IMG/VR virus record: IMGVR_UViG_2687453603_000006
DNA: 64,000 nt
Source: an uncultured virus (IMG/VR IMGVR_UViG_2687453603_000006)
Taxonomy: Duplodnaviria; Heunggongvirae; Uroviricota; Caudoviricetes
Direction: 5' to 3' (one strand)
Below the pieces are notes generated by a model. It was not told the origin of the DNA. It ran no database searches and was given only the letters and a program-made list of their open reading frames with translations. A program made the translations under genes and the position numbers. Of the stretch, positions 20,520 to 34,009 are shown one piece after another (within the stretch, counting starts at the first letter, position 1; every line of letters begins with the position of its first letter).

Positions 20520-23500
20520 TTATAAATAATCTCTCTCTAATTTATATCTAAGTACACCATCTTTAGAAATGCTTTCGATCAGCTTAGTTGAAGATGAAGT
20601 CGATGTGTCTTTATACTTCTTAGATACAAATTGTCCTCCACGTCTGAAGCCACTAAATATTAATTTATTCCCCTTCTTAAACCATGACTCTTCTACTACG
20701 CTTCCATTGAGCTTGCTAGTCTTGTCATAGTAAGAGAAGTTTCCATGATATTTAATTGTTACAACTGAGCCATCAGTAGCAAGAATAGTTACTGACTTCT
20801 TAGGTGCGTTTTTTGCAATAACTGTACCAGCAATATTAACAATTTCATACTTAGGCATTTCTCTACCCTTAAATTTAAATACATCTGTTACTACTGGATC
20901 AACTGGTAATTCTTTAAAATCAGTAATATCATAAGTCTCTTTGTTTACATTGTATAACTCATGTTTATGGTAATAGAACGATAATGTCTCCATTTCCCAA
21001 GATGAATAATTACCTAATGCATGTTTTTTCCAAGCTTCGTTTAATACATATCTATTTGCTAATTCAATAGGCTTATCTGTCTTCAACCATTCTTTTAAAT
21101 CTTTAGTTTTCTTATCGAAGATTTTTTTGAATTCTTTTTCGTCTACTTCATAATGGCTTCCTACTACATTAACAATAGCTTCATTACCAATTAAACGATC
21201 ATAAAGTTCAGTATCTTCTACTTTAAAGATTTTGTGTTTAGTTTTACTCTTACCTGTTTGAACTTTTCTTAACACTTTATTCTTGATGTTTTCTCTTAAT
21301 AAGACTAATTCATATTCAGGTCGCTCACTAAGAATATCTGCTTCAAGTAACAATTTAATATTTGCTAAAGTTAAGTTAGTCTTCAAGTCTGTTATGTATT
21401 TAACCACGTCCATCATAATCTTTTTACGTTCACCAAATTCATCTAACATACCAGATTTAACAATAGAAATTAAATGTTTGTTAGTAATTAATTTGGTATC
21501 GTATAACTTAGTTAACACATCATCTAGTGAATGATATGGACGATTTGCAATGATATGATCCACTATTTCATTATTGATATTCTTAACTGGTTTTAAACCA
21601 TAGACAATAGCATTATGTTCCACATCTGGACTAAATTCTAATGTAGATTTATTAATAGAAGGCAACTTGACTGTTACGCCATTCTCTTTCATCTTACCAA
21701 TACCATTAGCAATCTTTTCGTAATCAATATCTTTACTATCAGTTGATATTGAGTCACTATCTACATTTAAGCATGCAGTTTGCCAGTAAATTCGTGGGAA
21801 CCTTCTATTCAATTCTAAGTTTTGAATACCAATAACTGAATAAGCAGTTGTATGTAATAAACTGAAACTATATGAGAATTGCATTGCGAACTGGACATTC
21901 CATACATAATCTAAGAATACTTCTCTTGCTCCACACTCTTTACCCTTAGAATAAAACAGAGATTTTATTTGGTCTAAAGCCGAACCTTTAGGCTTAGCAA
22001 TGGCCTTTCTGAGCTTATTTTGCTCTAAAATAGTGAAGTTAGATATCCTATTGTCCGCAGATAGCCCCATTGAGTTTTCTTGAGTAATGTTTAAGCCTTT
22101 ATCATGTAATAAATGCTCTTCCATAATCTTAATTTCTTCTTCATTTAAACCAAATTCACGCATTTCTTTGTACCATTCGTTAATATCATTCTTATGACGA
22201 ATGTATTTATCAATAGGTTGTTCTTCTCCATCAGACTGTAATCTCATTAACGAGTTTGCTGCACAGAATTGTTCAAATGTTTCTGGTTGTACCCTCTTCA
22301 AAGTTGTTTGTCCAATCTCAGTTTGGAATTGGAATAAATCGTTAATTTCTCCAGTTGAGGCTAACTCAAAGTATTCATTACTCTCTAAATCTAAATTCTT
22401 AGGGTGCAGCAAATCACTAAAGTTTTCTCTAAGTGATTTTGTATTATCAATTAGTCCATCTTTAGATAATAATTCTAATGTTGCTCTAATTCTATCTAAG
22501 TTCTCTACACTTAATAAATCGAATTTTACTCCGCCCATGTATTCTGAGTCAGATAAATTATATTGAGTTACATGAACATCTCCACCAGAAGCAGTCATGA
22601 TCGCATTATTCTTATAAGCTTCATCATTAAAGATAATTACACCACCAGCGTGTATACCTCTTCTAGTTACTAAACCTTCTAGTTTCATAGCAGTTTCAAG
22701 TAATCTAGGATATTTCTCCATTTCATTTTTGAATTGAGTATCTGGTTTTCTATCTTTATCTAGGTTTCCATAGAGTGTATCTTTAATACTCCATTGTTGA
22801 CCACGTTCAACTTTAATAAATGAACCTAAATATTGTGCTTCTGTATCTGGGATATTTAAACCACGAGCTGCCATTTTAATTGCAGATTTAGCACCTTCAG
22901 TTCCATATGTACATACATTTAATACTCTATCTTCACCATAATGTTTCTTTAATGCACTGATAATACGTTGACGCTTAGAACCTTCACAGTCTATATCTAT
23001 ATCCATTTATACCGTTACTTTCGTAATACTTTAACACTGTTTTAAACAGTCGGTCTAGACTATATCTCCATTAATTAACTTAATGTAAATGCACTTCCAG
23101 TAGTGACAAAATCTACTGTACTCCCAATAGGGATAGTCGTTGCACCTTCCACATATAAGTGGCTTGGCACAGTATTCTCAGCTATCTATTTTAAAATAGA
23201 CCTTAGAGTCTCTTAGTCAGTGGCTTCGTCCTTTTTAAATGTCATTATCTCCTTGTAAGGCTTGAATGACGGTCTTATTCAACTGATACTGTTAGCACTT
23301 ATAATTAAATAAGCACACCGTTTTGTCATACGTTCACATTTAATACCCAATCATTTAGGTAATTCTGGTCGCTCTTTAGTTAAATGTCTCCAATGAGGTA
23401 AATTATTATATTTTAAAGGGTTGATTTGAGTAATGCCTAAAAGGTAATTTAATAAGAAACCAGCACCAGAGCCCCGTCCGGAACCGACTAAACTATTACC

Positions 23501-24787
23501 ACCACACTCATCATCTTGCCACATAATATTCACAATCTCTCTACAAGTTAAATAATATGAACTCATAGTTTGGTTTAATTTATGACTAATACCAATGATT
23601 TCACTTAATTCATCATCAATACGTTTTAATATTTGATGGAATTCCTCTCTACCAATACCTTTATAATGTAACTCTTTAAAGTAACCTTTTTCGATTAAGT
23701 AAAGTAAGTATTGATCATCTATCTTATCTGAATTTGCTAAGTATTTAATATGTTCATATGTATCATAAGCTTTACTAAATATGTGAGATAATTCAAATTC
23801 TGGAATTGTAGACTTAGGAATAATCGAAGTATGATTAATGTCATATACTTCTACCTTGTCATAAATCTTCTCAGTATTCTTAATAGCTTCCTCAACGATT
23901 TCTTCAGATAGATAAGACATTTGTTTCTTCATTTCATCAGTACTATGCATATAACAATAGTAATAAAATTCATCAACTTCTCTGTCTCCTTCTTTTGAGT
24001 TTAAGAATACTCTATGAACATCTCTGTCTTCTGGTCTTGCATAATGAGTGTCATTAGCTACAATACATTTCAAACCAGTTTCATTAGCTAAGTTAACTAA
24101 ATGCTTATTACAATAAATTTGTACTTCACTTTCGGCTGGTTGTAGTTCTACATAGAAATCATCTTTACCAAATGTCTCAATGCACCAATGTAATTCTTTT
24201 CTGGCTGCATTATAACAGTTAGCTATTTCTTCAGATGAAGAACCATTTTCCTCAGCCGCTTTCATTTGCTGTAATTGAATATTAACGCTTGAACCAATAC
24301 AAGCTGTCGTAGCCATGATCGTTCCTTTATATTCTTCACTTGTAGCCACACTTCTTAAAAATTCTTTAGTAGTTGGTGTTCTCTCCATCAAACCTGTAAA
24401 GAAACTATTCTTCCAAGCTTCACTAGATAACTTGCTTAATGCCTCAAAACCTTTTCTATTCTTAGCCATTAAGATGAAATGAGGGAATTTAGTTACTCCT
24501 CCGCCGACATAGTTGTCTCTAACCTCTTCTAAGCTATCAACTAAATATATTTCGTTACCCAAGACTAATTTAAAACTTTCATCTACTATATTTTGTTCCT
24601 TTAGAGATTTTAATTCTCGTATCATTTGTACTGCACTTGATAAACTCTCATGTTCAGTAATAGCTAAACCATTATAACCAAGTTTACTTGCTGTCGTTAA
24701 TAATTCTTTTGGTGATGTAATAGCGTCAATAATTCTAAAGTTAGAAAACATTGTATGGTTATGTAAAGCCATTCTTTTCTTACACAC
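20520..24787 (-). CDS. dnaE: DNA polymerase III alpha subunit (DnaE-type); exons 24787-23357 and 23003-20520
   Basis: PHP domain (HNHT, AITEH, NDTHY), GSGRGS, spliced ELP|DIDID, HAGG, KFDLL; spliced product 1304 aa. Confidence 0.93.
23004..23356 (-). ncRNA. Group I self-splicing intron (353 nt, no ORF) in dnaE
   Basis: Exon ends ACCU, P1 with AAAUGAUUGGGUA; R GUGCAACGACUA, S AGAUAUAGUCUAG; terminal G; removal restores PDIDID. Confidence 0.9.
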
Positions 24788-24799
24788 AATTTATTCCTC

Positions 24800-25174
24800 C
24801 TAGTTACTATTTTTAACGTATTCTAAATATTCCATGCTTGTCATACTACTAGTTTTTAAACTCTTTTCGATCATATCAACTTGCTCTTCACTTAATTCTT
24901 TAGGTTTATCTCCTTGTGTTCCAGTTATAATAAAAGAACCAACTAAATCACTTGGTGGCAGATTATCACCTTTAAAAGCTACTTCTGTAATATGAGTATA
25001 CTCTCCTGTATCTAGTGCGTTTTCATTAACCCAAAAACCAATACTAATTCGTTTATGCCCTAAAGTAATAGCTGAACCATTTAAGTTATTGATTACAACA
25101 CTTGCAATTTCTTCTCCTTCTTCCAGTTCTATTCTTTCTAATGATTTTTTATTTTCGTCATATTTTAAAATCAT
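24800..25174 (-). CDS. DUF3846-like hypothetical protein
   Basis: FWVNE...LVGSFIITG...LSEEQV pattern; start adjusted to MILKYD after GGAG. Confidence 0.55.
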   Translation of the reverse strand: MILKYDENKKSLERIELEEGEEIASVVINNLNGSAITLGHKRISIGFWVNENALDTGEYTHITEVAFKGDNLPPSDLVGSFIITGTQGDKPKELSEEQVDMIEKSLKTSSMTSMEYLEYVKNSN

Positions 25175-25343
25175 ATTATCACTCCTTCTTTTATTATTAT
25201 ATTTTATTTCTTGAAGTAAGTAAATAATTTTTTTGGTACATTTAAGAATAATTTTAGGACAGTTAAGAAAAAAATAACATAATTTTTTTATATTCTGATA
25301 TCTTTTCTTCTGCAAGTTACTTTATTCAAAGGAGAGAATTATT

Positions 25344-25790
25344 ATGACAATCTTATCAAAATTATCTAAAGGAATTGCAGTTACAGCTGTTGCTACTGGA
25401 ATTTCACTTTCACCTATCGCAAGCTCAAATATTTCTCATGCTGCTACTGAAGCAACTTCTACAACTCAAAACAACAGTGCAGCTGGTCAAATGAGTAAAG
25501 TCGGAGAACATGACGCTCAATTTAATTTAAACAAAAATATTACATATGATGTTGATGAAAACGGAATTGCTACTTTAACTGATAAAAACAACGGTAAAAC
25601 TGAACAACTCCCTTACAGTGCTAAAGATAAAGATGGTAAGGATGTTACTTTAGTTTATTATGAAGAAAATGACAAGCTATTTGTACACGCACAAGAAAAA
25701 TCATCTGAACGTGGATGGAAAAAATGTGCAGCTGGTATAGCTGGTGGAGCAACTACTGGAGCGACTACTGTTGGCTTAGCTGGAGCAAGT
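25344..25790 (+). pseudogene. Secreted protein with bacteriocin-like Gly/Ala-rich C-terminus, truncated by resistance insert
   Basis: Signal peptide (SHAA), GWKKCAAGIAGGATTGA.. region; abrupt switch to foreign GC-richer DNA near 25790. Confidence 0.6.
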
Positions 25791-26363
25791 GCCGTTACTT
25801 TAACACCGCCGCTAGCCATGAGCTTATGCTTCCTTTAGGACACTGTCCCAACAGACACTTTTTAAAGTATGCTGCACTAATCCTTATTTTTCACAGCATA
25901 GCGCAATGACAGACAGCCATGTTCTGCATTCTCTGTTCCCTGCAATTCCAAATCAACTTTTTCAGATAACAGAAGGTTATCAAATAGTTGTTTTTCTTTA
26001 TTACCTACAAAACATGGTGATATCACAAGACTGATTTCATCAATAAGTCCGTTTTCTAATAATTTGTTGGTTAATCCACCGCCACTGTCTGTCCGCATGT
26101 ATTTACACCCATATTGCTCATGCAGGATCTGAAAGGCTTTTTCATAGTCCACATGATCATTTCCTGACACAATATATGGGTAATGCCTTTCCTCCAAATA
26201 ATTCAAATATTCCTTCGGAGTGGCAGTTGATACCAGAATGACAATTTCCTTCAGATATCCAAGATTTCTTAAGCAATGAAGACTTCTCAAGATACCTCTG
26301 CTGTCAGGTATGACTCCTATTGGTCTGGGGTCCTCCGGGCTTGTTATGATTTTCTCAAAATCA

Positions 26364-27687
26364 GATAAAGTCCGTATAATTGTGTAAAAGTAAAAAGGCC
26401 ATATAACAGTCCTTTTACGGTACAATGTTTTTAACGACAAAAACATACCCAGGAGGACTTTTACATGACCCAAGTACATTTTACACTGAAAAGCGAAGAG
26501 ATTCAAAGCATTATTGAATATTCTGTAAAGGATGACGTTTCTAAAAATATTTTAACAACGGTATTTAATCAACTAATGGAAAATCAACGAACAGAATATA
26601 TTCAAGCAAAAGAATATGAACGAACAGAAAACCGACAAAGTCAACGAAATGGCTATTATGAGCGCAGCTTTACGACACGTGTAGGCACGCTAGAATTAAA
26701 AGTACCCAGAACACGTGATGGCCATTTTTCACCCACAGTGTTTGAACGTTATCAACGAAACGAAAAAGCCCTCATGGCTTCAATGTTGGAAATGTATGTA
26801 TCAGGCGTTTCAACTCGTAAAGTATCAAAAATTGTGGAAGAACTTTGTGGTAAATCCGTCTCTAAGTCCTTCGTTTCTAGCTTAACAGAACAGCTAGAAC
26901 CTATGGTTAACGAGTGGCAGAATCGTTTATTATCAGAAAAAAATTATCCTTACTTAATGACCGATGTACTCTATATAAAAGTACGAGAAGAAAATCGAGT
27001 ACTCTCAAAAAGCTGTCATATAGCGATTGGAATAACCAAAGATGGCGACCGTGAAATTATCGGCTTCATGATTCAAAGTGGCGAAAGCGAAGAGACCTGG
27101 ACAACATTTTTTGAATACCTAAAAGAACGCGGTTTACAAGGTACGGAACTCGTTATTTCTGATGCGCACAAAGGATTAGTCTCTGCCATTAGAAAATCCT
27201 TCACCAACGTAAGTTGGCAAAGATGCCAAGTTCACTTCCTAAGAAATATCTTTACCACCATTCCTAAAAAAAATTCAAAATCTTTCAGAGAAGCTGTTAA
27301 AGGAATTTTTAAGTTCACAGATATTAACTTAGCGCGTGAGGCTAAAAATCGATTGATTCATGATTATATCGATCAACCAAAATATTCAAAAGCTTGCGCA
27401 TCATTGGATGATGGATTCGAAGACGCCTTTCAATATACCGTACAAGGAAATTCCCACAATCGACTAAAGAGTACCAATCTAATTGAACGACTGAATCAAG
27501 AAGTACGCAGAAGAGAAAAGATTATTCGCATCTTCCCCAATCAAACATCAGCCAATCGCTTAATTGGAGCCGTTCTTATGGACCTACATGATGAATGGAT
27601 TTATTCTTCAAGAAAATACATCAATTTTGATAAGTAGAAATGGTAAAAACATTGTATAGCATTTTACACAGGAGTCTGGACTTGACT
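26364..27687 (+). mobile_element. IS256 (left copy)
   Basis: GATAAAGTCCG... to ...GGACTTGACT ends, 1324 bp. Confidence 0.97.
26465..27637 (+). CDS. tnp: IS256 transposase
   Basis: MTQVHFTLKSEE..., 390 aa. Confidence 0.97.
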   Translation: MTQVHFTLKSEEIQSIIEYSVKDDVSKNILTTVFNQLMENQRTEYIQAKEYERTENRQSQRNGYYERSFTTRVGTLELKVPRTRDGHFSPTVFERYQRNEKALMASMLEMYVSGVSTRKVSKIVEELCGKSVSKSFVSSLTEQLEPMVNEWQNRLLSEKNYPYLMTDVLYIKVREENRVLSKSCHIAIGITKDGDREIIGFMIQSGESEETWTTFFEYLKERGLQGTELVISDAHKGLVSAIRKSFTNVSWQRCQVHFLRNIFTTIPKKNSKSFREAVKGIFKFTDINLAREAKNRLIHDYIDQPKYSKACASLDDGFEDAFQYTVQGNSHNRLKSTNLIERLNQEVRRREKIIRIFPNQTSANRLIGAVLMDLHDEWIYSSRKYINFDK

Positions 27688-27773
27688 CACTTCTCACTTC
27701 CTTTATTATTTTTCATTTTTTTAAACTATTTAATACTAATGTCTTTTATAATAGCTTTTCATATATTATATAA

Positions 27774-29213
<1,440 letters not shown>

Positions 29214-29612
29214 TTATTTATCACCTTTTTCATAATCATATACATATACTATTTCATCTTTATAATCATTTTTACCACCTAATTTTTCATATACATGGCA
29301 AGCTCTAGGATTACCTTTATCAGTTATTAAAAACATTTCAGAACAACCAATCTCTTTAGAATATTCCTTAATAAAAGATAATAATTTTGAACCATAACCT
29401 TTGTCTTGATAGTTAGGTAACATTCCTATTGAGTGTAAATAAAACATTGTTTTTCCATCAGGTCTTAAAAGTGTATAGCAATATGCAAATCCTATAATTT
29501 TATTATTTTCTTTAGCTATAAACCCAAATGAACTGGTATCATTAAGAAATCCTTTTAAATTATCAATATCAAAAACCATATTATCATCAATTAAAACTTC
29601 TTCCATAAACTC
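29214..29612 (-). CDS. GNAT acetyltransferase orf of Tn4001 (5' end abuts IS256)
   Basis: YQDKGYGSKLL acetyl-CoA motif; standard position upstream of aacA-aphD. Confidence 0.85.
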   Translation of the reverse strand, partial: EFMEEVLIDDNMVFDIDNLKGFLNDTSSFGFIAKENNKIIGFAYCYTLLRPDGKTMFYLHSIGMLPNYQDKGYGSKLLSFIKEYSKEIGCSEMFLITDKGNPRACHVYEKLGGKNDYKDEIVYVYDYEKGDK

Positions 29613-30936
29613 AGTCAAGTCCAGACTCCTGTGTAAAATGCTATACAATGTTTTTACCATTTCTACTTATCAAAATTGATGTATTTTCTTGAAGAATAAA
29701 TCCATTCATCATGTAGGTCCATAAGAACGGCTCCAATTAAGCGATTGGCTGATGTTTGATTGGGGAAGATGCGAATAATCTTTTCTCTTCTGCGTACTTC
29801 TTGATTCAGTCGTTCAATTAGATTGGTACTCTTTAGTCGATTGTGGGAATTTCCTTGTACGGTATATTGAAAGGCGTCTTCGAATCCATCATCCAATGAT
29901 GCGCAAGCTTTTGAATATTTTGGTTGATCGATATAATCATGAATCAATCGATTTTTAGCCTCACGCGCTAAGTTAATATCTGTGAACTTAAAAATTCCTT
30001 TAACAGCTTCTCTGAAAGATTTTGAATTTTTTTTAGGAATGGTGGTAAAGATATTTCTTAGGAAGTGAACTTGGCATCTTTGCCAACTTACGTTGGTGAA
30101 GGATTTTCTAATGGCAGAGACTAATCCTTTGTGCGCATCAGAAATAACGAGTTCCGTACCTTGTAAACCGCGTTCTTTTAGGTATTCAAAAAATGTTGTC
30201 CAGGTCTCTTCGCTTTCGCCACTTTGAATCATGAAGCCGATAATTTCACGGTCGCCATCTTTGGTTATTCCAATCGCTATATGACAGCTTTTTGAGAGTA
30301 CTCGATTTTCTTCTCGTACTTTTATATAGAGTACATCGGTCATTAAGTAAGGATAATTTTTTTCTGATAATAAACGATTCTGCCACTCGTTAACCATAGG
30401 TTCTAGCTGTTCTGTTAAGCTAGAAACGAAGGACTTAGAGACGGATTTACCACAAAGTTCTTCCACAATTTTTGATACTTTACGAGTTGAAACGCCTGAT
30501 ACATACATTTCCAACATTGAAGCCATGAGGGCTTTTTCGTTTCGTTGATAACGTTCAAACACTGTGGGTGAAAAATGGCCATCACGTGTTCTGGGTACTT
30601 TTAATTCTAGCGTGCCTACACGTGTCGTAAAGCTGCGCTCATAATAGCCATTTCGTTGACTTTGTCGGTTTTCTGTTCGTTCATATTCTTTTGCTTGAAT
30701 ATATTCTGTTCGTTGATTTTCCATTAGTTGATTAAATACCGTTGTTAAAATATTTTTAGAAACGTCATCCTTTACAGAATATTCAATAATGCTTTGAATC
30801 TCTTCGCTTTTCAGTGTAAAATGTACTTGGGTCATGTAAAAGTCCTCCTGGGTATGTTTTTGTCGTTAAAAACATTGTACCGTAAAAGGACTGTTATATG
30901 GCCTTTTTACTTTTACACAATTATACGGACTTTATC
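29613..30936 (-). mobile_element. IS256 (right copy)
   Basis: Inverted copy of left IS256, 1324 bp. Confidence 0.97.
29663..30835 (-). CDS. tnp: IS256 transposase
   Basis: Same 390 aa protein as left copy. Confidence 0.97.
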   Translation of the reverse strand: MTQVHFTLKSEEIQSIIEYSVKDDVSKNILTTVFNQLMENQRTEYIQAKEYERTENRQSQRNGYYERSFTTRVGTLELKVPRTRDGHFSPTVFERYQRNEKALMASMLEMYVSGVSTRKVSKIVEELCGKSVSKSFVSSLTEQLEPMVNEWQNRLLSEKNYPYLMTDVLYIKVREENRVLSKSCHIAIGITKDGDREIIGFMIQSGESEETWTTFFEYLKERGLQGTELVISDAHKGLVSAIRKSFTNVSWQRCQVHFLRNIFTTIPKKNSKSFREAVKGIFKFTDINLAREAKNRLIHDYIDQPKYSKACASLDDGFEDAFQYTVQGNSHNRLKSTNLIERLNQEVRRREKIIRIFPNQTSANRLIGAVLMDLHDEWIYSSRKYINFDK

Positions 30937-31159
30937 CAAAATCAGCCTCTGTTTCAGCAGGATATTTTTCAAATGCAGTAAAAACAGTATTGGACCCAAA
31001 CAGCACCGCATCCGAATGAATTCCCCCGGCAACCTGGTAGTAAACTTCCGGATTATCAAAGCCTTTAATGCGGCCATCAAGGCTAATTTGTGTGTGCATA
31101 ATTATCTTTGGTTTCATATTTTTCAATCCTCCTTTTTGATAGTAGAATATCATAATACA

Positions 31160-31177
31160 CTGACAGCTGTATGTCAG
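31160..31177. promoter_or_regulatory. Palindrome CTGACA-N6-TGTCAG, probable WYL-regulator site
   Basis: Inverted repeat directly upstream of a -10-like hexamer of the ribD-like gene. Confidence 0.55.
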
Positions 31178-31227
31178 CAGGGGATATGAAACCTTACAAA
31201 AAATACATAACAGACCAATCGCTTTCT

Positions 31228-32180
31228 CTAAATCAAGTTTAGGCAGTGATTCGTAATTTGTGCCAGGTGTTTACGGGTTATGCATTTTAATTCATCAGGT
31301 TGGACTATTTCAATGCCTGATCCATATTCAATCAGCTGCTTGCTCAATATCTCAAAGGAATCTGTCTGGAATTCGATTTCCATTTTACTTCCCAAATCGG
31401 TTTCTTCAAGGAAGCCGAGAGAATACCTGTTCTTGATAGAATTGTATGTCTCCCCTTTTTCAGCTCTAAGAATTACATTATATAGTTTTTTATATGAAAG
31501 CATTTGTTTTAATATTTGTTCCAAAGAGCCATCATGGCTTTGACAGAGCTCTTCTTCTATGCAAATGCTTTTAATCCGATCCACACGAAAATTCCTATAT
31601 TCATTTCTTAGCCTGCAAAACCGATTAAGTACCAGTTCTGTTCATAAAACCCCAGTGATATAGGCTCTATCATTCTGCTTTCCGGTTCTTGCCCTCCTGA
31701 TGCAGGATATTGAATTGATATTACCCTTTTATTGCAGATTGCAGTCTGAATTGCTGCAATAACGTTATCCGCCAATGTATTTTTCTGTCCAGATGTGCTG
31801 TACACGTTAATACTGTTCTCCAACTCCTGTGCATAGTTTTTTTCACCATGCTTCAAAATAGATTTGATTTTATACATAGCTGAATCAAAATCCTTTATAA
31901 ATGATTCATCTCCATGGCAATTTAAAAATTTCCCTGCTGTAATCAATGCACCCACTTCCGCCGCTGTAAACATTACCGGCGGAAGTAGGAAGCCCTCTAC
32001 AAGAAAATATCCTTTTCCGGCCTCAGATCCAATTGGTATTCCGGCTTCTTCAAGTGTCCGGATATCTCTGTAAACTGTCCTTAAGCTTATATTAAATCGC
32101 TGTGCAATTTCTTTGGCAGGAATTATTTTTTTTGATTGCAGCTGAATAAGAATAGAGGTTACTCTGTTAATCCTGTTCAA
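31228..32180 (-). pseudogene. YafY/PafB-like HTH-WYL regulator, frameshifted
   Basis: HTH SLRTVYRDI, WYL motif; other frame continues CRLRNEYRNFRVDRI; 1-nt loss in run at 31617-31620. Confidence 0.85.
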
Positions 32181-32401
32181 ATTTTATTCCTCCTCTGTGA
32201 CTTCCATAAAAAGTATATCCTATGCGTTCTTAAGCTAGCTGCTGTTAGTGCTTCTCATTGCACCCTGGTTATAAAAGCCATACTCACAAACCTCTTCACC
32301 AAAACTCTTTACATCTCTAATATAGAACTCTATCTAGCGAACTTTTAGAAAAGATATAAAACATCAGAGTATGGACAGTTGCGGATGTACTTCAGAAAAG
32401 A

Positions 32402-32446
32402 TTAGATGTCTAAAAAGCTTGTAGTTAAAGCTTTTTAGACATCTAA
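32402..32446 (-). terminator. Inverted repeat downstream of aphA-3
   Basis: TTAGATGTCTAAAAAGCTT / AAGCTTTTTAGACATCTAA. Confidence 0.7.
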
Positions 32447-32455
32447 ATCTAGGTA

Positions 32456-33250
32456 CTAAAACAATTCATCCAGTAAAATATAATATTTTATTTTCTCCCA
32501 ATCAGGCTTGATCCCCAGTAAGTCAAAAAATAGCTCGACATACTGTTCTTCCCCGATATCCTCCCTGATCGACCGGACGCAGAAGGCAATGTCATACCAC
32601 TTGTCCGCCCTGCCGCTTCTCCCAAGATCAATAAAGCCACTTACTTTGCCATCTTTCACAAAGATGTTGCTGTCTCCCAGGTCGCCGTGGGAAAAGACAA
32701 GTTCCTCTTCGGGCTTTTCCGTCTTTAAAAAATCATACAGCTCGCGCGGATCTTTAAATGGAGTGTCTTCTTCCCAGTTTTCGCAATCCACATCGGCCAG
32801 ATCGTTATTCAGTAAGTAATCCAATTCGGCTAAGCGGCTGTCTAAGCTATTCGTATAGGGACAATCCGATATGTCGATGGAGTGAAAGAGCCTGATGCAC
32901 TCCGCATACAGCTCGATAATCTTTTCAGGGCTTTGTTCATCTTCATACTCTTCCGAGCAAAGGACGCCATCGGCCTCACTCATGAGCAGATTGCTCCAGC
33001 CATCATGCCGTTCAAAGTGCAGGACCTTTGGAACAGGCAGCTTTCCTTCCAGCCATAGCATCATGTCCTTTTCCCGTTCCACATCATAGGTGGTCCCTTT
33101 ATACCGGCTGTCCGTCATTTTTAAATATAGGTTTTCATTTTCTCCCACCAGCTTATATACCTTAGCAGGAGACATTCCTTCCGTATCTTTTACGCAGCGG
33201 TATTTTTCGATCAGTTTTTTCAATTCCGGTGATATTCTCATTTTAGCCAT
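32456..33250 (-). CDS. aphA-3: Aminoglycoside phosphotransferase APH(3')-IIIa
   Basis: MAKMRISPELKKLIEKY..., 264 aa. Confidence 0.98.
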   Translation of the reverse strand: MAKMRISPELKKLIEKYRCVKDTEGMSPAKVYKLVGENENLYLKMTDSRYKGTTYDVEREKDMMLWLEGKLPVPKVLHFERHDGWSNLLMSEADGVLCSEEYEDEQSPEKIIELYAECIRLFHSIDISDCPYTNSLDSRLAELDYLLNNDLADVDCENWEEDTPFKDPRELYDFLKTEKPEEELVFSHGDLGDSNIFVKDGKVSGFIDLGRSGRADKWYDIAFCVRSIREDIGEEQYVELFFDLLGIKPDWEKIKYYILLDELF

Positions 33251-33342
33251 TTATTATTTCCTTCCTCTTTTCTACAGTATTTAAAGATACCCCAAGAAGC
33301 TAATTATAACAAGACGAACTCCAATTCACTGTTCCTTGCATT

Positions 33343-34009
33343 CTAAAACCTTAAATACCAGAAAACAGCTTTTTCAAAGTTGTTTTCAAAGTTGGCGTAT
33401 AACATAGTATCGACGGAGCCGATTTTGAAACCACAATTATGATAGAATTTACAAGCTATAAGGTTATTGTCCTGGGTTTCAAGCATTAGTCCATGCAAGT
33501 TTTTATGCTTTGCCCATTCTATAGATATATTGATAAGCGCGCTGCCTATGCCTTGCCCCCTGAAATCCTTACATACGGCGATATCTTCTATATAAGCGTA
33601 CCGGTTCCAATTTTTTCGCAGTTTAACTTTTCCGACGCATTTATCGTCTTGGTAGTAAAGATATATTATCTTATCAGTATTGTCAATATATTCAAGGCAA
33701 TCTGCCTCCTCATCCTCTTCATCCTCTTCGTCTTGGTAGCTTTTTAAATATGGCGCTTCATAGAGTAATTCTGTAGTAGTAAAGATATATTATCTTATCA
33801 GTATTGTCAATATATTCAAGGCAATCTGCCTCCTCATCCTCTTCATCCTCTTCGTCTTGGTAGCTTTTTAAATATGGCGCTTCATAGAGTAATTCTGTAA
33901 AGGTCCAATTCTCGTTTTCATACCTCGGTATAATCTTACCTATCACCTCAAATGGTTCGCTGGGTTTATCGATATCTTTCAGGTGCCCTGCTTTCATTTC
34001 TGTAATCAC
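33343..34009 (-). pseudogene. sat4: Streptothricin acetyltransferase Sat4, inactivated by 124-bp internal tandem duplication
   Basis: MITEMKAGHLKDID...; 667 bp = 543 + 124; frameshift. Confidence 0.93.
33652..33899. repeat. 124-bp tandem duplication (33652-33775, 33776-33899)
   Basis: Direct comparison; both copies run GTAGTAAAGATAT...AATTCTGTA. Confidence 0.93.

Noticed and set aside
20520..23006. dnaE as two separate genes or a split-intein gene
   Set aside because: No intein motifs at the break; the ATG's G is the intron's terminal G, and group I core elements explain the gap.
25877..26506. 209-aa ORF (and 30794-31189) starting MNLFAFQ
   Set aside because: Chimeric read-out from the IS256 end into flanking DNA.
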